Positions 38,229 to 47,460 of a DNA stretch of 64,000 nucleotides are shown here, piece after piece (the stretch's first letter is position 1; each line of letters starts with the position of its first letter). The notes beneath the pieces are model-generated. The model had not been told where the DNA came from and made no database searches. It saw only the letters and a list, made by a program, of their open reading frames with translations. The DNA is taken from positions 672,001 through 736,000 of the forward strand of contig CAXXYH010000003.1 of the NCBI GenBank assembly GCA_963677925.2, given 5' to 3'. This DNA comes from Spirochaetia bacterium. Its GTDB lineage: Bacteria > Spirochaetota > Spirochaetia > UBA9216. Made by a program: the position numbers and the translations under genes.

Positions 38229-40616
38229 ATGACACCAAGAATTGAAAAGATGCTGAATGAGCTGCATGTCGAAAAATACCCCCTGTGCATTGAAAAATTC
38301 CGCATCGCAACCAAGACTCTTTCAGAAACCGAGGGGCAGCCGAATGTTCTGCGTCGTGCGCAGATTATGAAGAATATCCTCGAAAACATAACAATTTTCA
38401 TCGAAGACGGCGATCTTTTTGCCGGCGCCGGTGCAAGCAAGCCATTCGGACTTGAGATTGATTATGAATACGGAACCTGGACTCCGGATGAGGTTGATTC
38501 GCTCAAATCCGAAAACTACAGCATTACCCCTGAAGAAGAGAAAGAACTTCAGGAAATTAATGAAAAATTCGGTGATTACAACCTTGTTTCAGCTATGGGC
38601 GCTGTCTTTATGAAGAATGAAAAACTCTGGCCGTTTATGAAATCAGGAATGATTCTCCCTCCATGGAAGGGAAAAGAAGGAAGCGGCGGCGGATATGCAC
38701 AGTCAGGTCTCGGACTGGGACCCGGCTTCTTTCTTGTCGGTATGGATTTTGAAAGAATGTTAAATGACGGTTCATTAAAAATCATCGCGGACTGTGAAGC
38801 AGCACTTAAAGAACATGAAGCCAATGGAAATCCTGATAAGGAAGCTGTAGACTTTCTTAAATCTGTTATTATTGTTCACCATGCAGTAATAAAACTGGCT
38901 GAGAGATATGCTGATCTGGCAGAAAAAATGGGTGCTGAAGAAAATGACAAGCGGAGAAAAGCAGAACTTTTCAGAATTGCTGAAGCCTGCCGAAAAGTTC
39001 CTGCCAAACCAGCTGAATCCTTCTTTGAAGCAATTCAGTCTTTCTGGTTAACATTCCTGCTTGCATCACCATCACCTACAACAGCCGGTGCCCGATTCGA
39101 CCAGTTCATGTATCCATTCTATAAAAAGGATATTGAAAACGGTGTAACAAATGATGATGAAATTCTCGAACTGCTTGAGAACCTCAGAGTCAAAGACATG
39201 AAGCTTAACCGGGTTTCAGGAAAACAGAATAGAAAGAAAAATGCAGGCATGGCAAAATGGCATAACTGGACTATCGGAGGTGTAGATAAGGACGGTAATG
39301 ATGCCAGCAACCCGCTCACCTACCTTCTTCTTGATGCAGCAAAAGAAACCAGAGTGCCGCATCATACCCTGACACTTCGTGTTCATGACAAAACACCTGA
39401 TGATCTTATGGTAAAGGCTCTTGAAGTCGTAAAAACCGGTATGGGAATGCCTGCCTTCGTAGGAGATAAATCCTACATCAACTTCTTCCGCTATCAGGGG
39501 ATGTCCATTGAAGACTCACGCAATTACATTATGACCGGATGTCTAGATGGAAATATCCCGGCGAAAGCAAGAACTGTTGCCGTAGGAATGTTCATAATTG
39601 CACTTGCATACGATATCTTCATGCACAACGGATATAACAAGGGTACAGAGGAAATGGTCGGTATTGAAACCGGTGATGTAACCGGAATGTCTGATTTCGA
39701 CCTGTACAAGGATGCATTCTACAGGCAGCTCGACTATCTTCTTGAACTTGGAGTTGAAAAAAGCAATATCGAGCTTAAAGCTGAACAGGATCTTTTCCCC
39801 GACCCATTCAGATCATCACTTATGAAAGATGCTATCAAGGAAGGCAAGGACATTCTCAGAAGAACCATGCCGCTTGAGAACGGACTTGTTCTCTGTACAA
39901 TTGGAGCAATAAACGTAGCAGACTCGCTGGCTGCAGTTAAAAAGCTTGTGTTTGATGAAAAGAAATACACAATGCAGGAACTTCTCACTGCGCTGGATGC
40001 TGACTGGGAAGGTTACGAAGAAATGCGGCAGGATTTCCTTGACGCACCAAAGTACGGTAATGACATTGATGAAGTTGATGTACTGGCAGCAGAGCTGTAT
40101 GACCATATAGAAAAGAAGCTGGCCTCGATGCCTACTTACTACGGCGGACGTGCAGTAACAACTGCTATTTCAATAACCTCGCACCAGCCGGGTGGACTTC
40201 TTACAGGAGCAACACCAGACGGACGAAAGAGCGGGGAGATTCTTGCAGACGGTTCAATGTCCCCGATGCATGGTATGGACAGAAAAGGCCCTACGGGTGT
40301 TCTAAAGAGCGCAATGAAAATCAACCAGGACACCTACCAGGCAACTCTGTTAAATATGAAATTTCATCCATCTGCTCTTAAGACAGAAGCTGATCTTGTA
40401 AAACTCGGAAACCTGATTAAAACTTATTTTGCCCAGGGCGGAAAACATATGCAGTTCAATATAGTTGATAAAGATCATCTAATTGCTGCAAAGATTGATC
40501 CTGAAAAGCACAAGGATCTTGTAGTAAGAGTTGCCGGCTACAGTGCTTATTTTACAGCGCTTGGGGAACCAATGCAGGACGAAATTATCGAAAGAACTGA
40601 ATTCTCTCAGGTTTAA
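38229..40616 (+). CDS. Glycyl-radical enzyme (PFL2-like fold), substrate unknown
   Basis: RFDQFMYP, TIGG, Cys loop MTGCLDG, PKYGND, GATPDGR, Gly loop LVVRVAGYSAYF; GGAGG SD. Confidence 0.95.
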   Translation: MTPRIEKMLNELHVEKYPLCIEKFRIATKTLSETEGQPNVLRRAQIMKNILENITIFIEDGDLFAGAGASKPFGLEIDYEYGTWTPDEVDSLKSENYSITPEEEKELQEINEKFGDYNLVSAMGAVFMKNEKLWPFMKSGMILPPWKGKEGSGGGYAQSGLGLGPGFFLVGMDFERMLNDGSLKIIADCEAALKEHEANGNPDKEAVDFLKSVIIVHHAVIKLAERYADLAEKMGAEENDKRRKAELFRIAEACRKVPAKPAESFFEAIQSFWLTFLLASPSPTTAGARFDQFMYPFYKKDIENGVTNDDEILELLENLRVKDMKLNRVSGKQNRKKNAGMAKWHNWTIGGVDKDGNDASNPLTYLLLDAAKETRVPHHTLTLRVHDKTPDDLMVKALEVVKTGMGMPAFVGDKSYINFFRYQGMSIEDSRNYIMTGCLDGNIPAKARTVAVGMFIIALAYDIFMHNGYNKGTEEMVGIETGDVTGMSDFDLYKDAFYRQLDYLLELGVEKSNIELKAEQDLFPDPFRSSLMKDAIKEGKDILRRTMPLENGLVLCTIGAINVADSLAAVKKLVFDEKKYTMQELLTALDADWEGYEEMRQDFLDAPKYGNDIDEVDVLAAELYDHIEKKLASMPTYYGGRAVTTAISITSHQPGGLLTGATPDGRKSGEILADGSMSPMHGMDRKGPTGVLKSAMKINQDTYQATLLNMKFHPSALKTEADLVKLGNLIKTYFAQGGKHMQFNIVDKDHLIAAKIDPEKHKDLVVRVAGYSAYFTALGEPMQDEIIERTEFSQV

Positions 40617-40625
40617 CTAGGGTAT

Positions 40626-40649
40626 AATGCCGGAGGAGGACCCGGCATT
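40626..40649 (+). other. Intercistronic stem-loop between the GRE and transporter genes
   Basis: AATGCCGG / CCGGCATT with 8-nt loop; weak U-tract. Confidence 0.6.
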
Positions 40650-40672
40650 TAAATATTTACTTTCAAGGGGGA

Positions 40673-41959
40673 GTGATGACGATTATCATCATCAGTCTAA
40701 TTGCAATTGTTGCTGTAATTGCATTAGGAGCTAAAACTAAAACTAATATAGGTCTGTGGGCTATAGCTGCAGCCTATATTATCGGAGTCTTTGTCCTTGG
40801 CGAATCACCACGAGGTTTAGTGGGAGTATTTCCAACAAGACTATTTCTGCTGCTTTTTTCTGTTACACTTTTCTACAGCTTTGCCGTACTTAACGGAACA
40901 CTAGGAAAAGTCGCGGATAAGGTCGTTTATGCTGTCCGGAACATGCCATGGGCAATTCCCATTGTACTGTTCATACTGTCATTTATTATGGCTGCGATAG
41001 GAGCCGGAGACGGTGCTACCGTTATGATGATTCCTATCGGTCTGTCCATAGCTAAAGTTACCGGAATGAATAATATTCTTGCCGCGGTATCCTGTGTATC
41101 AGGTATCAGTGCAGGAGGTTTTTCACCGATAAGTACCGCAGGTATCTTCCTCAGGGAGATGGCCATGACTGCAGGCGGACATTCGATTGACGAAGTAAAC
41201 AGTTATGGAAACCATGCGTTTTTCCAGATTACACTTCTTTTCACAATTATATTTATTGCTGCTTATATCCTCTTCAAGGGATATAAAATTGAAGCACCGG
41301 TTCTTGAAAAACCTGAACCCTTCGAACCGAAACAGAAGGCAAACCTTGCTGTTATTATCGGCTTTGTTCTAGTTCTGGTTGCGGCACCGCTTGTTGGACT
41401 TATTTTCCCGAACAGCCCTGCTGCTGCAAAAATAGCCCGCGGTGTATACCTGGTCTGGATTGCCTTCATCGGTACAGTAGTTCTCTCTGTACTGAAAGTC
41501 GGTGATGAAAAAGCAGCTTTTAAACGTGTCCCTCTTTCCGCACTTACAACACTCTGCGGTATGGGAACACTTATCGGAATAGTCAGCAAAACCGGAGCCA
41601 TTGAGATGGTATCGACATGGCTCGGAGAAAGTGTTCCGGTTGCAATCGTACCGATTATGCTTGCACTTATTGCCGGAGTAATGAGTCTTTTTGTAAGCGG
41701 ATTCGTAGTTAACACTACTTTCTTTGCCCTGGTTCCTGCTCTGGCAATAGCCGGCGGATTTGTACCGGGTATCGGCTATGCAGCTGTAGCAGTCGGAGCA
41801 ATGGCTACTGCAGTCTCTCCGTTCTCAGGTTCAGGCGGTCTTGTAGTCGCAAGCGTTGACGATGACGGTCACAGAAAAACAATTTTCAATTTCCTGCTTG
41901 GCTGGCCGTTTATAAACCTTGCACTCTATTTAATTATGGTTGCTATAGGTATCTATTAG
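40673..41959 (+). CDS. MatC/SLC13-like (ion-transporter superfamily) carboxylate transporter
   Basis: Highly hydrophobic, about 11-12 TM; NIGLWA, FPTRLFLLLFSVTLFY, AGGFSPIS, VSPFSGSGG typical of MatC-type carriers. Confidence 0.8.
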   Translation: MMTIIIISLIAIVAVIALGAKTKTNIGLWAIAAAYIIGVFVLGESPRGLVGVFPTRLFLLLFSVTLFYSFAVLNGTLGKVADKVVYAVRNMPWAIPIVLFILSFIMAAIGAGDGATVMMIPIGLSIAKVTGMNNILAAVSCVSGISAGGFSPISTAGIFLREMAMTAGGHSIDEVNSYGNHAFFQITLLFTIIFIAAYILFKGYKIEAPVLEKPEPFEPKQKANLAVIIGFVLVLVAAPLVGLIFPNSPAAAKIARGVYLVWIAFIGTVVLSVLKVGDEKAAFKRVPLSALTTLCGMGTLIGIVSKTGAIEMVSTWLGESVPVAIVPIMLALIAGVMSLFVSGFVVNTTFFALVPALAIAGGFVPGIGYAAVAVGAMATAVSPFSGSGGLVVASVDDDGHRKTIFNFLLGWPFINLALYLIMVAIGIY

Positions 41960-41980
41960 CATCGTCCTAATAATTCCTTT

Positions 41981-43681
41981 TCATTTTGCTCCGGCTGAAG
42001 TTTCAGCTAAAGCCGGAGCCCTTTTTTTTGTATTAAGTGAATTCATTTTTTTACTGAAACTGTTAAGCTGACTGACATTTTCCTGTCCAATTTCAGAGAC
42101 TCTTACAGCCTGGGCTTCTGCATCAGTGAACATTCTTTTTATATCAGATATTGTTTCAGCTACGGTTTCTGCTTTGCTTACTATCTCATCGAGCTTCTCT
42201 GTATTCTGTGCATTTATATTCTCAAGGTTTTTCATAGCTTCATCTGCAAGAGCTGATTTATCAACTATTCCTTCAATTTCCGACAGAATAGCACCAGTCC
42301 CCTGAGACATCTCATCTATACCTGCAGAAGCCTCCCTGAACATCGATGAAACCTTTCGTATTTCTTCTGTAATTAAATGAAATGTCTGCCCTACTCTCTG
42401 ACTGGCTTCAGTAGTTCTGCTGACTGCAGATATACTTTCTGATAGACGTTCAGAAATATTCCTTGAATTTTTAGCTGTTTCTTCCGCCAGTTTTCTTATT
42501 TCATCTGCAACAACAGCAAAACCTTTACCTGATTCACCTGCATGGGCTGCTTCAATTGCAGCATTCATTGCCAGCAAATTTGTCCGTTCAGCAATGCTCA
42601 TAATAATCTGGACCATCTCAAGCATGTCAGAGGAACTCTTGTCGATACTGTTAATCAACTCGACAGAATCATCCATTTCAGATTCACCCGACATCGAGGA
42701 TTTAACCAGGGCCTCCACAGCCTTCATCTGCGAGGCCGTATTTGATGAAATTGAATTAATGTTGGCAATCAGCTGTTCTACGGAAGAGGATGTAGTCTGT
42801 ACCGTCAGATTGTATTTTTCCAGGGTTGAATTGAGAAACTCTACTGATTCAACAGATTTTTTATTGGCTCCTGACATTTCAAATATGCTTGTTTCCAATT
42901 CTTCAACAGAGTCTTTTATCCGGTTTAAATCTAATGAAACCCTGCTGATCGTATCAATAGATGTATCTGATGAACTCCTCAGCTCCTCGCCTATTCCGGT
43001 GAAAATTTCAAATGTTTCATGGACACCCGTATTAAACTCGGCAAAATGTTTCTGAACTTCTGCCTTTGAATCTTCCGCATCTTTCACAAGAGTTTTAAGC
43101 AGCCGCAGTATCATAACTGCTGTAAAGCCTGAGCCGATAACAATTATATAACAGGTAACAAGATTCTGAACATCCAGGATACCGACCTGCCCCTTCTGCG
43201 AGGGAAGAACATCAATAAAGTAAATTGCAGCTATTGCTCCACAGTTTAATATAGTTGCAGCAACAGGCTGGAATATAGAATATCCAACAAGACAGGTAAT
43301 AATCAGAAAAAACAACCCAAGTGCTGAAATTACGTAGGTTTCATATACATCTACATATGCATCAAACTTGATTGTTGCAAAAATTATAAAAAAGAATACT
43401 GTCAGAAATAAATTTACGGCAATTTTAAAATTTCCTTTTTTAATCAGTAAAAGAAAAAATAAGCAGCAGACAGCCAGAACTGAAGTCATAACCATAGCAA
43501 CAACCGCTCCGGTTAAAGCCATTGCAAGTGTCAGCAACAGAGAAAGTATAATAAAAAGAAAATTGATAACTACAAGAATCGAAGCTTTTTTCTGAACTTC
43601 GAGCGGACGTTCTGAATAACATTTTAAGAAATATGCACTTGTTCTACTCATATTTAAATTTATATTGATTTTAATTGACAT
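41981..43681 (-). CDS. Methyl-accepting chemotaxis protein with multi-pass membrane sensor
   Basis: About 5-6 N-terminal TM helices; [38 protein letters not shown] hairpin. Confidence 0.93.
   Translation of the reverse strand: MSIKININLNMSRTSAYFLKCYSERPLEVQKKASILVVINFLFIILSLLLTLAMALTGAVVAMVMTSVLAVCCLFFLLLIKKGNFKIAVNLFLTVFFFIIFATIKFDAYVDVYETYVISALGLFFLIITCLVGYSIFQPVAATILNCGAIAAIYFIDVLPSQKGQVGILDVQNLVTCYIIVIGSGFTAVMILRLLKTLVKDAEDSKAEVQKHFAEFNTGVHETFEIFTGIGEELRSSSDTSIDTISRVSLDLNRIKDSVEELETSIFEMSGANKKSVESVEFLNSTLEKYNLTVQTTSSSVEQLIANINSISSNTASQMKAVEALVKSSMSGESEMDDSVELINSIDKSSSDMLEMVQIIMSIAERTNLLAMNAAIEAAHAGESGKGFAVVADEIRKLAEETAKNSRNISERLSESISAVSRTTEASQRVGQTFHLITEEIRKVSSMFREASAGIDEMSQGTGAILSEIEGIVDKSALADEAMKNLENINAQNTEKLDEIVSKAETVAETISDIKRMFTDAEAQAVRVSEIGQENVSQLNSFSKKMNSLNTKKRAPALAETSAGAK
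41988..42029 (+). terminator. Terminator of the GRE operon (overlaps the 3' end of the MCP gene)
   Basis: GCTCCGGCT (41988-96) / AGCCGGAGC (42011-19), then T8. Confidence 0.8.
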
Positions 43682-43691
43682 GTCCAGCTGT

Positions 43692-44465
43692 TTATTTATT
43701 AATTATATTTTCAAACCTTTTAACACTGATGGGATGATAGCTAAGGATTTTCCCGTCATGAATAATTCCGAATGAACCGAAGGGACTCGGAGATTCCTGA
43801 ACCTGTTCATGTGAACTGAGTTCTATCAGCTGAGAATTTAGCCTTTTTTCTTCAGCAGCTTTTATTATGGCGTCAACATTCTTAACCGTGTACGGGCATT
43901 GGGCTGATCTGAAAATATAAAGCCCCATCGAAAACTTTTCCGGGAAGATTTTCCGGAATTCCGGATTTGGATATGCATCATCAAATTTATTAACAAGCAG
44001 TTCAAAATCAGGCTTAGATGAATCTGATACTTTAAAATTGTTATTTATAAAAATGCCGCTGTCAGCCATGAAAGATCCCCTGCGGGCAACAACTGCAACG
44101 CCTTTATATCCGGAATTACGGCTTTCTTTTATACATTCTTCAATCAGCAGTGAGGCATAACCTCTGCCTTTGTATTCTTTTCTAAATCCCACAAAGAGAC
44201 AGTGTATAAACATGTAGCCTTCAGCTTTCACCGGTCTGTGTGCATATTCTCCGGGAATATATTCTATCATTCCCTGATATCCGCCCTCTGGATGTATCAG
44301 TGCTTTTATCCGGAGCCCCTTCGGGTAGTATTTTTTTACCCAGTCGATTTTCCGCCTCAGTTCAAGATGCTTTTGCACATCCTTATATCCGCAGACACCG
44401 TACTCTGCTATGTTATCCGGTGTAAGATCAATTATCTTAATATCATCTGATACGGCTTTTGACAT
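43692..44465 (-). CDS. GNAT acetyltransferase with YoaP domain
   Basis: [16 protein letters not shown]...[20 protein letters not shown]; start set at MSKAV. Confidence 0.85.
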   Translation of the reverse strand: MSKAVSDDIKIIDLTPDNIAEYGVCGYKDVQKHLELRRKIDWVKKYYPKGLRIKALIHPEGGYQGMIEYIPGEYAHRPVKAEGYMFIHCLFVGFRKEYKGRGYASLLIEECIKESRNSGYKGVAVVARRGSFMADSGIFINNNFKVSDSSKPDFELLVNKFDDAYPNPEFRKIFPEKFSMGLYIFRSAQCPYTVKNVDAIIKAAEEKRLNSQLIELSSHEQVQESPSPFGSFGIIHDGKILSYHPISVKRFENIINK

Positions 44466-44535
44466 TTTTCTACCCTCTGAAACTATAATACTTCCCTGCT
44501 GCATTTTCTGCTTTGCAATCTTTGCGAAATTTAAT

Positions 44536-44555
44536 TACGACATACTGCTGTCGTA
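44536..44555. promoter_or_regulatory. Inverted repeat, candidate WYL (YafY)-regulator operator
   Basis: TACGACA-N6-TGTCGTA between the divergent GNAT and GyrI genes; TG-C-AATAAT just downstream. Confidence 0.65.
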
Positions 44556-44601
44556 TACAGGGTGCAATAATGAATTATCGTTAAAACAAAGGAGTTCCAT
44601 T

Positions 44602-45054
44602 ATGAAGATAATTCAGAAGGAAGAACAGCCGACTATGGCTGTAAAAGGAATCACAACAATGCAGGAGATACCTGCCTTTCTTGCAAAAGCATATGGAGAG
44701 ATAGCCGAATATGCTCAAAATCTTGATATTCAGTTCACAGGTGCGCCCTACGCAATGTATTTCAACATGGATATGGATAATCTGGAAATTGAAGCCGGCT
44801 TTCCAGTTTCAGGAACTTTCGAAAAAAGAGGTAATGTAAATTCCGGACATCTTCCCGGAGGAAAGATGCTGATTGAAACGCATAAGGGCACATACGCAAA
44901 TCTTAGTGAAACATACGACAAAATTAGCGAATATGCGAAAGATAAGGGTATAGTTTTTGAAACAGCCATGTATGAACAGTACCTGAATTCACCCGAGGAT
45001 ACAAAGCCTGAAGACCTTATCACAGAAATTTATTTTTATATTAAGGAAGAATAA
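44602..45054 (+). CDS. GyrI-like small-molecule-binding protein
   Basis: GAPYAMY, EAGFPV, HKGTY, EQYLNSP...LITEI; AAGGAG SD before 44602. Confidence 0.88.
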   Translation: MKIIQKEEQPTMAVKGITTMQEIPAFLAKAYGEIAEYAQNLDIQFTGAPYAMYFNMDMDNLEIEAGFPVSGTFEKRGNVNSGHLPGGKMLIETHKGTYANLSETYDKISEYAKDKGIVFETAMYEQYLNSPEDTKPEDLITEIYFYIKEE

Positions 45055-45057
45055 CAG

Positions 45058-45321
45058 ATGAATGAAGTAAAATACAAAAATTGTCAGAGCTGCGGTATGC
45101 CTATGAAACAGGACCCGAAAGGCGGGGGAACCGAACCAGACGGGTCTCTGAATAATAAATACTGCAGTTACTGCTATGAAAACGGAGCCTTTGTTCAGCC
45201 AGAGATGACAATGGCTGAAATGAAATCGCTGGTCAGAGAACAGCTTAAAAAAATGAAGATGCCCGGCTTCATAGCTTCATTTTTTGCTGCCGGAATTCCC
45301 AAACTGGAACGCTGGCAGTAA
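45058..45321 (+). CDS. Putative zinc-ribbon protein (Zn_ribbon_2 type)
   Basis: CQSCGMPM, YCSYCYENGAF, PKLERW. Confidence 0.88.
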   Translation: MNEVKYKNCQSCGMPMKQDPKGGGTEPDGSLNNKYCSYCYENGAFVQPEMTMAEMKSLVREQLKKMKMPGFIASFFAAGIPKLERWQ

Positions 45322-45332
45322 TACTAATTTTA

Positions 45333-46772
45333 TCAGGCTTCAGCCCTCAATTCCGGCTGAAGCTGTATATTTTTATAATCATCCTTTTCAGTTTCCATAT
45401 CAGCTTTTCTTTCCTCATCAGCCCTGCCGAGCTTCTTTAATTCTACAATAAGCAGGATATAGGTAAGTACTGATGATAAGGTGTCTGCAACAGGGAAAGT
45501 TCCCCATACACCATCAAGCCCTATTATAAGCGGAAGTATAATAAGAACAGGCAGAAACAGCAGCAGCTGTCTTGAAAGACCGAGAAGCATTGACTGCTTC
45601 GCTTTTCCTACGGCCTGAAAATAGCTGATTCCGATAAACTGCACCGCCACCAGTGGAATTGATACCATTACTATTCTGAGCACTCTTGCACTGGATTCAA
45701 TTATCGCAGTGTCTGATGTAAAAAGACCCATACAAGCCTGGGGAAAAATCATGGCAATACTGTAGCCTACCATCGTAACTGACAATCCGGTAATTATTGC
45801 AGTCTTAAGGCTTTGCTTAACCCTGTCATAATTCTTTGCACCGATATTGTAGCCTGCAATCGGCTGAAAGCCCTGTGCAATCCCGATTATAGGCATAATC
45901 AGCACAGACATAAACCGGTTTGACATTCCGTAGTTTACTATGGCTTCTTCTCCGCCGTAATGCCCAAGCGAATTGTTAACAATCAGAACAAGCAGACTCA
46001 TCCCTGCATTCTGAATAAAGGGCGGAATACCGAGAATGACACTTTCTTTCAGAATTTTTGTATCAATTCTAAAATATTCAGGTCTAATCTTTACTGTATT
46101 TTTTTTCCTTACATAGATACTTATGAAATACAAGGCGGAAACCATCTGACTTATGGAAGTGGCAATAGCAGCACCCATAACGCCGAGGTCAAAACCGAAT
46201 ATAAACAGGGGGTCAAGCATACAGTTAAGGACTGCCCCCACCATCATTCCTATCATTGCGCCTTTTGAGTTTCCTTCCGCTCTTGCCATTGTACTTGCAA
46301 AGGATGAAAAAGCAAAAAAGAAAAATCCGATTGAAACCCATTTTGTATATTCCGATGTAAGCGGCATAAGCACATCTGTAGTTCCGAAAAATCCAAGTAT
46401 AGGCCTCATAAAAATAACAAGTGTTGCAGTAAGAATAAATGTTCCTGCAAGCATGGAAGTGTATCCGGTTCCTACTGCTTTCGATGCATCATCAAACCGT
46501 TTTTCTCCAAGTCTTCTTGATACAATGGAGGCTGTACCTATTCCCAGAGCCATTGCTATCGAGGCAACAATCATCTGAATTGGAAAAACCAGAGATAGTG
46601 CTCCTATTGCGAGCGACCCTACCCCTCTTCCAACGAAAATAGTATCAACAATGTTATATAACGCCTGTACAAGCATTCCAGCTGCAGCAGGTGCGGCCAT
46701 CTTTATTAAAAGAGGGAATATCTTCTCTTTTCCCAGAAATTCTGATTTATCTGTATTATTCATATCTTTCAT
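45333..46772 (-). CDS. MATE efflux transporter (MepA-like)
   Basis: ALYNIVDTIFVG, LDPLFIF, GAAIAT, QPIAGYNIGA, SRQLL. Confidence 0.94.
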   Translation of the reverse strand: MKDMNNTDKSEFLGKEKIFPLLIKMAAPAAAGMLVQALYNIVDTIFVGRGVGSLAIGALSLVFPIQMIVASIAMALGIGTASIVSRRLGEKRFDDASKAVGTGYTSMLAGTFILTATLVIFMRPILGFFGTTDVLMPLTSEYTKWVSIGFFFFAFSSFASTMARAEGNSKGAMIGMMVGAVLNCMLDPLFIFGFDLGVMGAAIATSISQMVSALYFISIYVRKKNTVKIRPEYFRIDTKILKESVILGIPPFIQNAGMSLLVLIVNNSLGHYGGEEAIVNYGMSNRFMSVLIMPIIGIAQGFQPIAGYNIGAKNYDRVKQSLKTAIITGLSVTMVGYSIAMIFPQACMGLFTSDTAIIESSARVLRIVMVSIPLVAVQFIGISYFQAVGKAKQSMLLGLSRQLLLFLPVLIILPLIIGLDGVWGTFPVADTLSSVLTYILLIVELKKLGRADEERKADMETEKDDYKNIQLQPELRAEA

Positions 46773-46806
46773 ACATTTAATAATTTATAGAAATCATATG
46801 ACAAAA

Positions 46807-46822
46807 GCAAGTACTTACTTGC
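46807..46822. promoter_or_regulatory. Likely TetR operator
   Basis: Perfect dyad GCAAGTA-CT-TACTTGC between the divergent MATE and tetR genes. Confidence 0.75.
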
Positions 46823-46872
46823 ACTTTTAACACTTTTCTGATTATTATATATTTAATACTAAGAGGAGAAAG

Positions 46873-47460
46873 ATGAGCATAGATACAAAAGATAAAATTC
46901 TTGCCGCATCTGTAAAACTTTTTGCAGATAAGGGTTATGCTGCTGTACGAACACGGGAGATAGCAGAATCTGCCGGAGTCAATGAGGTAACCCTCTTCAG
47001 GTGTTTTGGTAATAAAAAGAGTATTTATCATGAGACTTTCAGAAAATATATTGTAAGACCTACTCCTGAATATCTTCTTCAGGATGTAACAGATGATATT
47101 GAGAAGGATCTTATACTTATCTGCAATGCAATTGTAAATCTTTTTAAAAAGAACAGCAGACTTATCCAGATGAGTTTTAAGGAAATTATTGCCTTTGAGG
47201 AAATTGAAAAAGAACTCAAGAACCAGCCGGAGCAGATGATAGAAATAGTAAAAAACTATATTGAAAGCCACTCGAATCAGCTGACTGATGATACCGATGC
47301 TGTACGAAGTTCAAGACATTTTGTCAATATAATATCCGGAGCAACCTTCCATTATATGCATCATACCGAACTTAAAGATCCATACACTCTTGATGAGTGC
47401 ATGAATCGTTTTGTGAAAGATTTTACCCGCGGTATTTTAAAGCGTCCCGCAGGCTGCTGA
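46873..47460 (+). CDS. TetR/AcrR family regulator
   Basis: KILAASVKLFADKGY...TREIAESAGVNEVTLFRCFGNK. Confidence 0.93.
   Translation: MSIDTKDKILAASVKLFADKGYAAVRTREIAESAGVNEVTLFRCFGNKKSIYHETFRKYIVRPTPEYLLQDVTDDIEKDLILICNAIVNLFKKNSRLIQMSFKEIIAFEEIEKELKNQPEQMIEIVKNYIESHSNQLTDDTDAVRSSRHFVNIISGATFHYMHHTELKDPYTLDECMNRFVKDFTRGILKRPAGC

Noticed and set aside
38229-40616. Calling the GRE pyruvate formate-lyase, CutC, diol dehydratase, HypD or HPAD
   Set aside because: It has no tandem CC, no CxE motif and no small subunit or microcompartment genes, and the activase has a ferredoxin insert unlike PflA
41990-45362. Shared TCCGGCTGAAG in two hairpins (41990 and 45352) as a REP-like repeat
   Set aside because: Only 11 bp, two copies, different stems; chance or terminator convergence is sufficient
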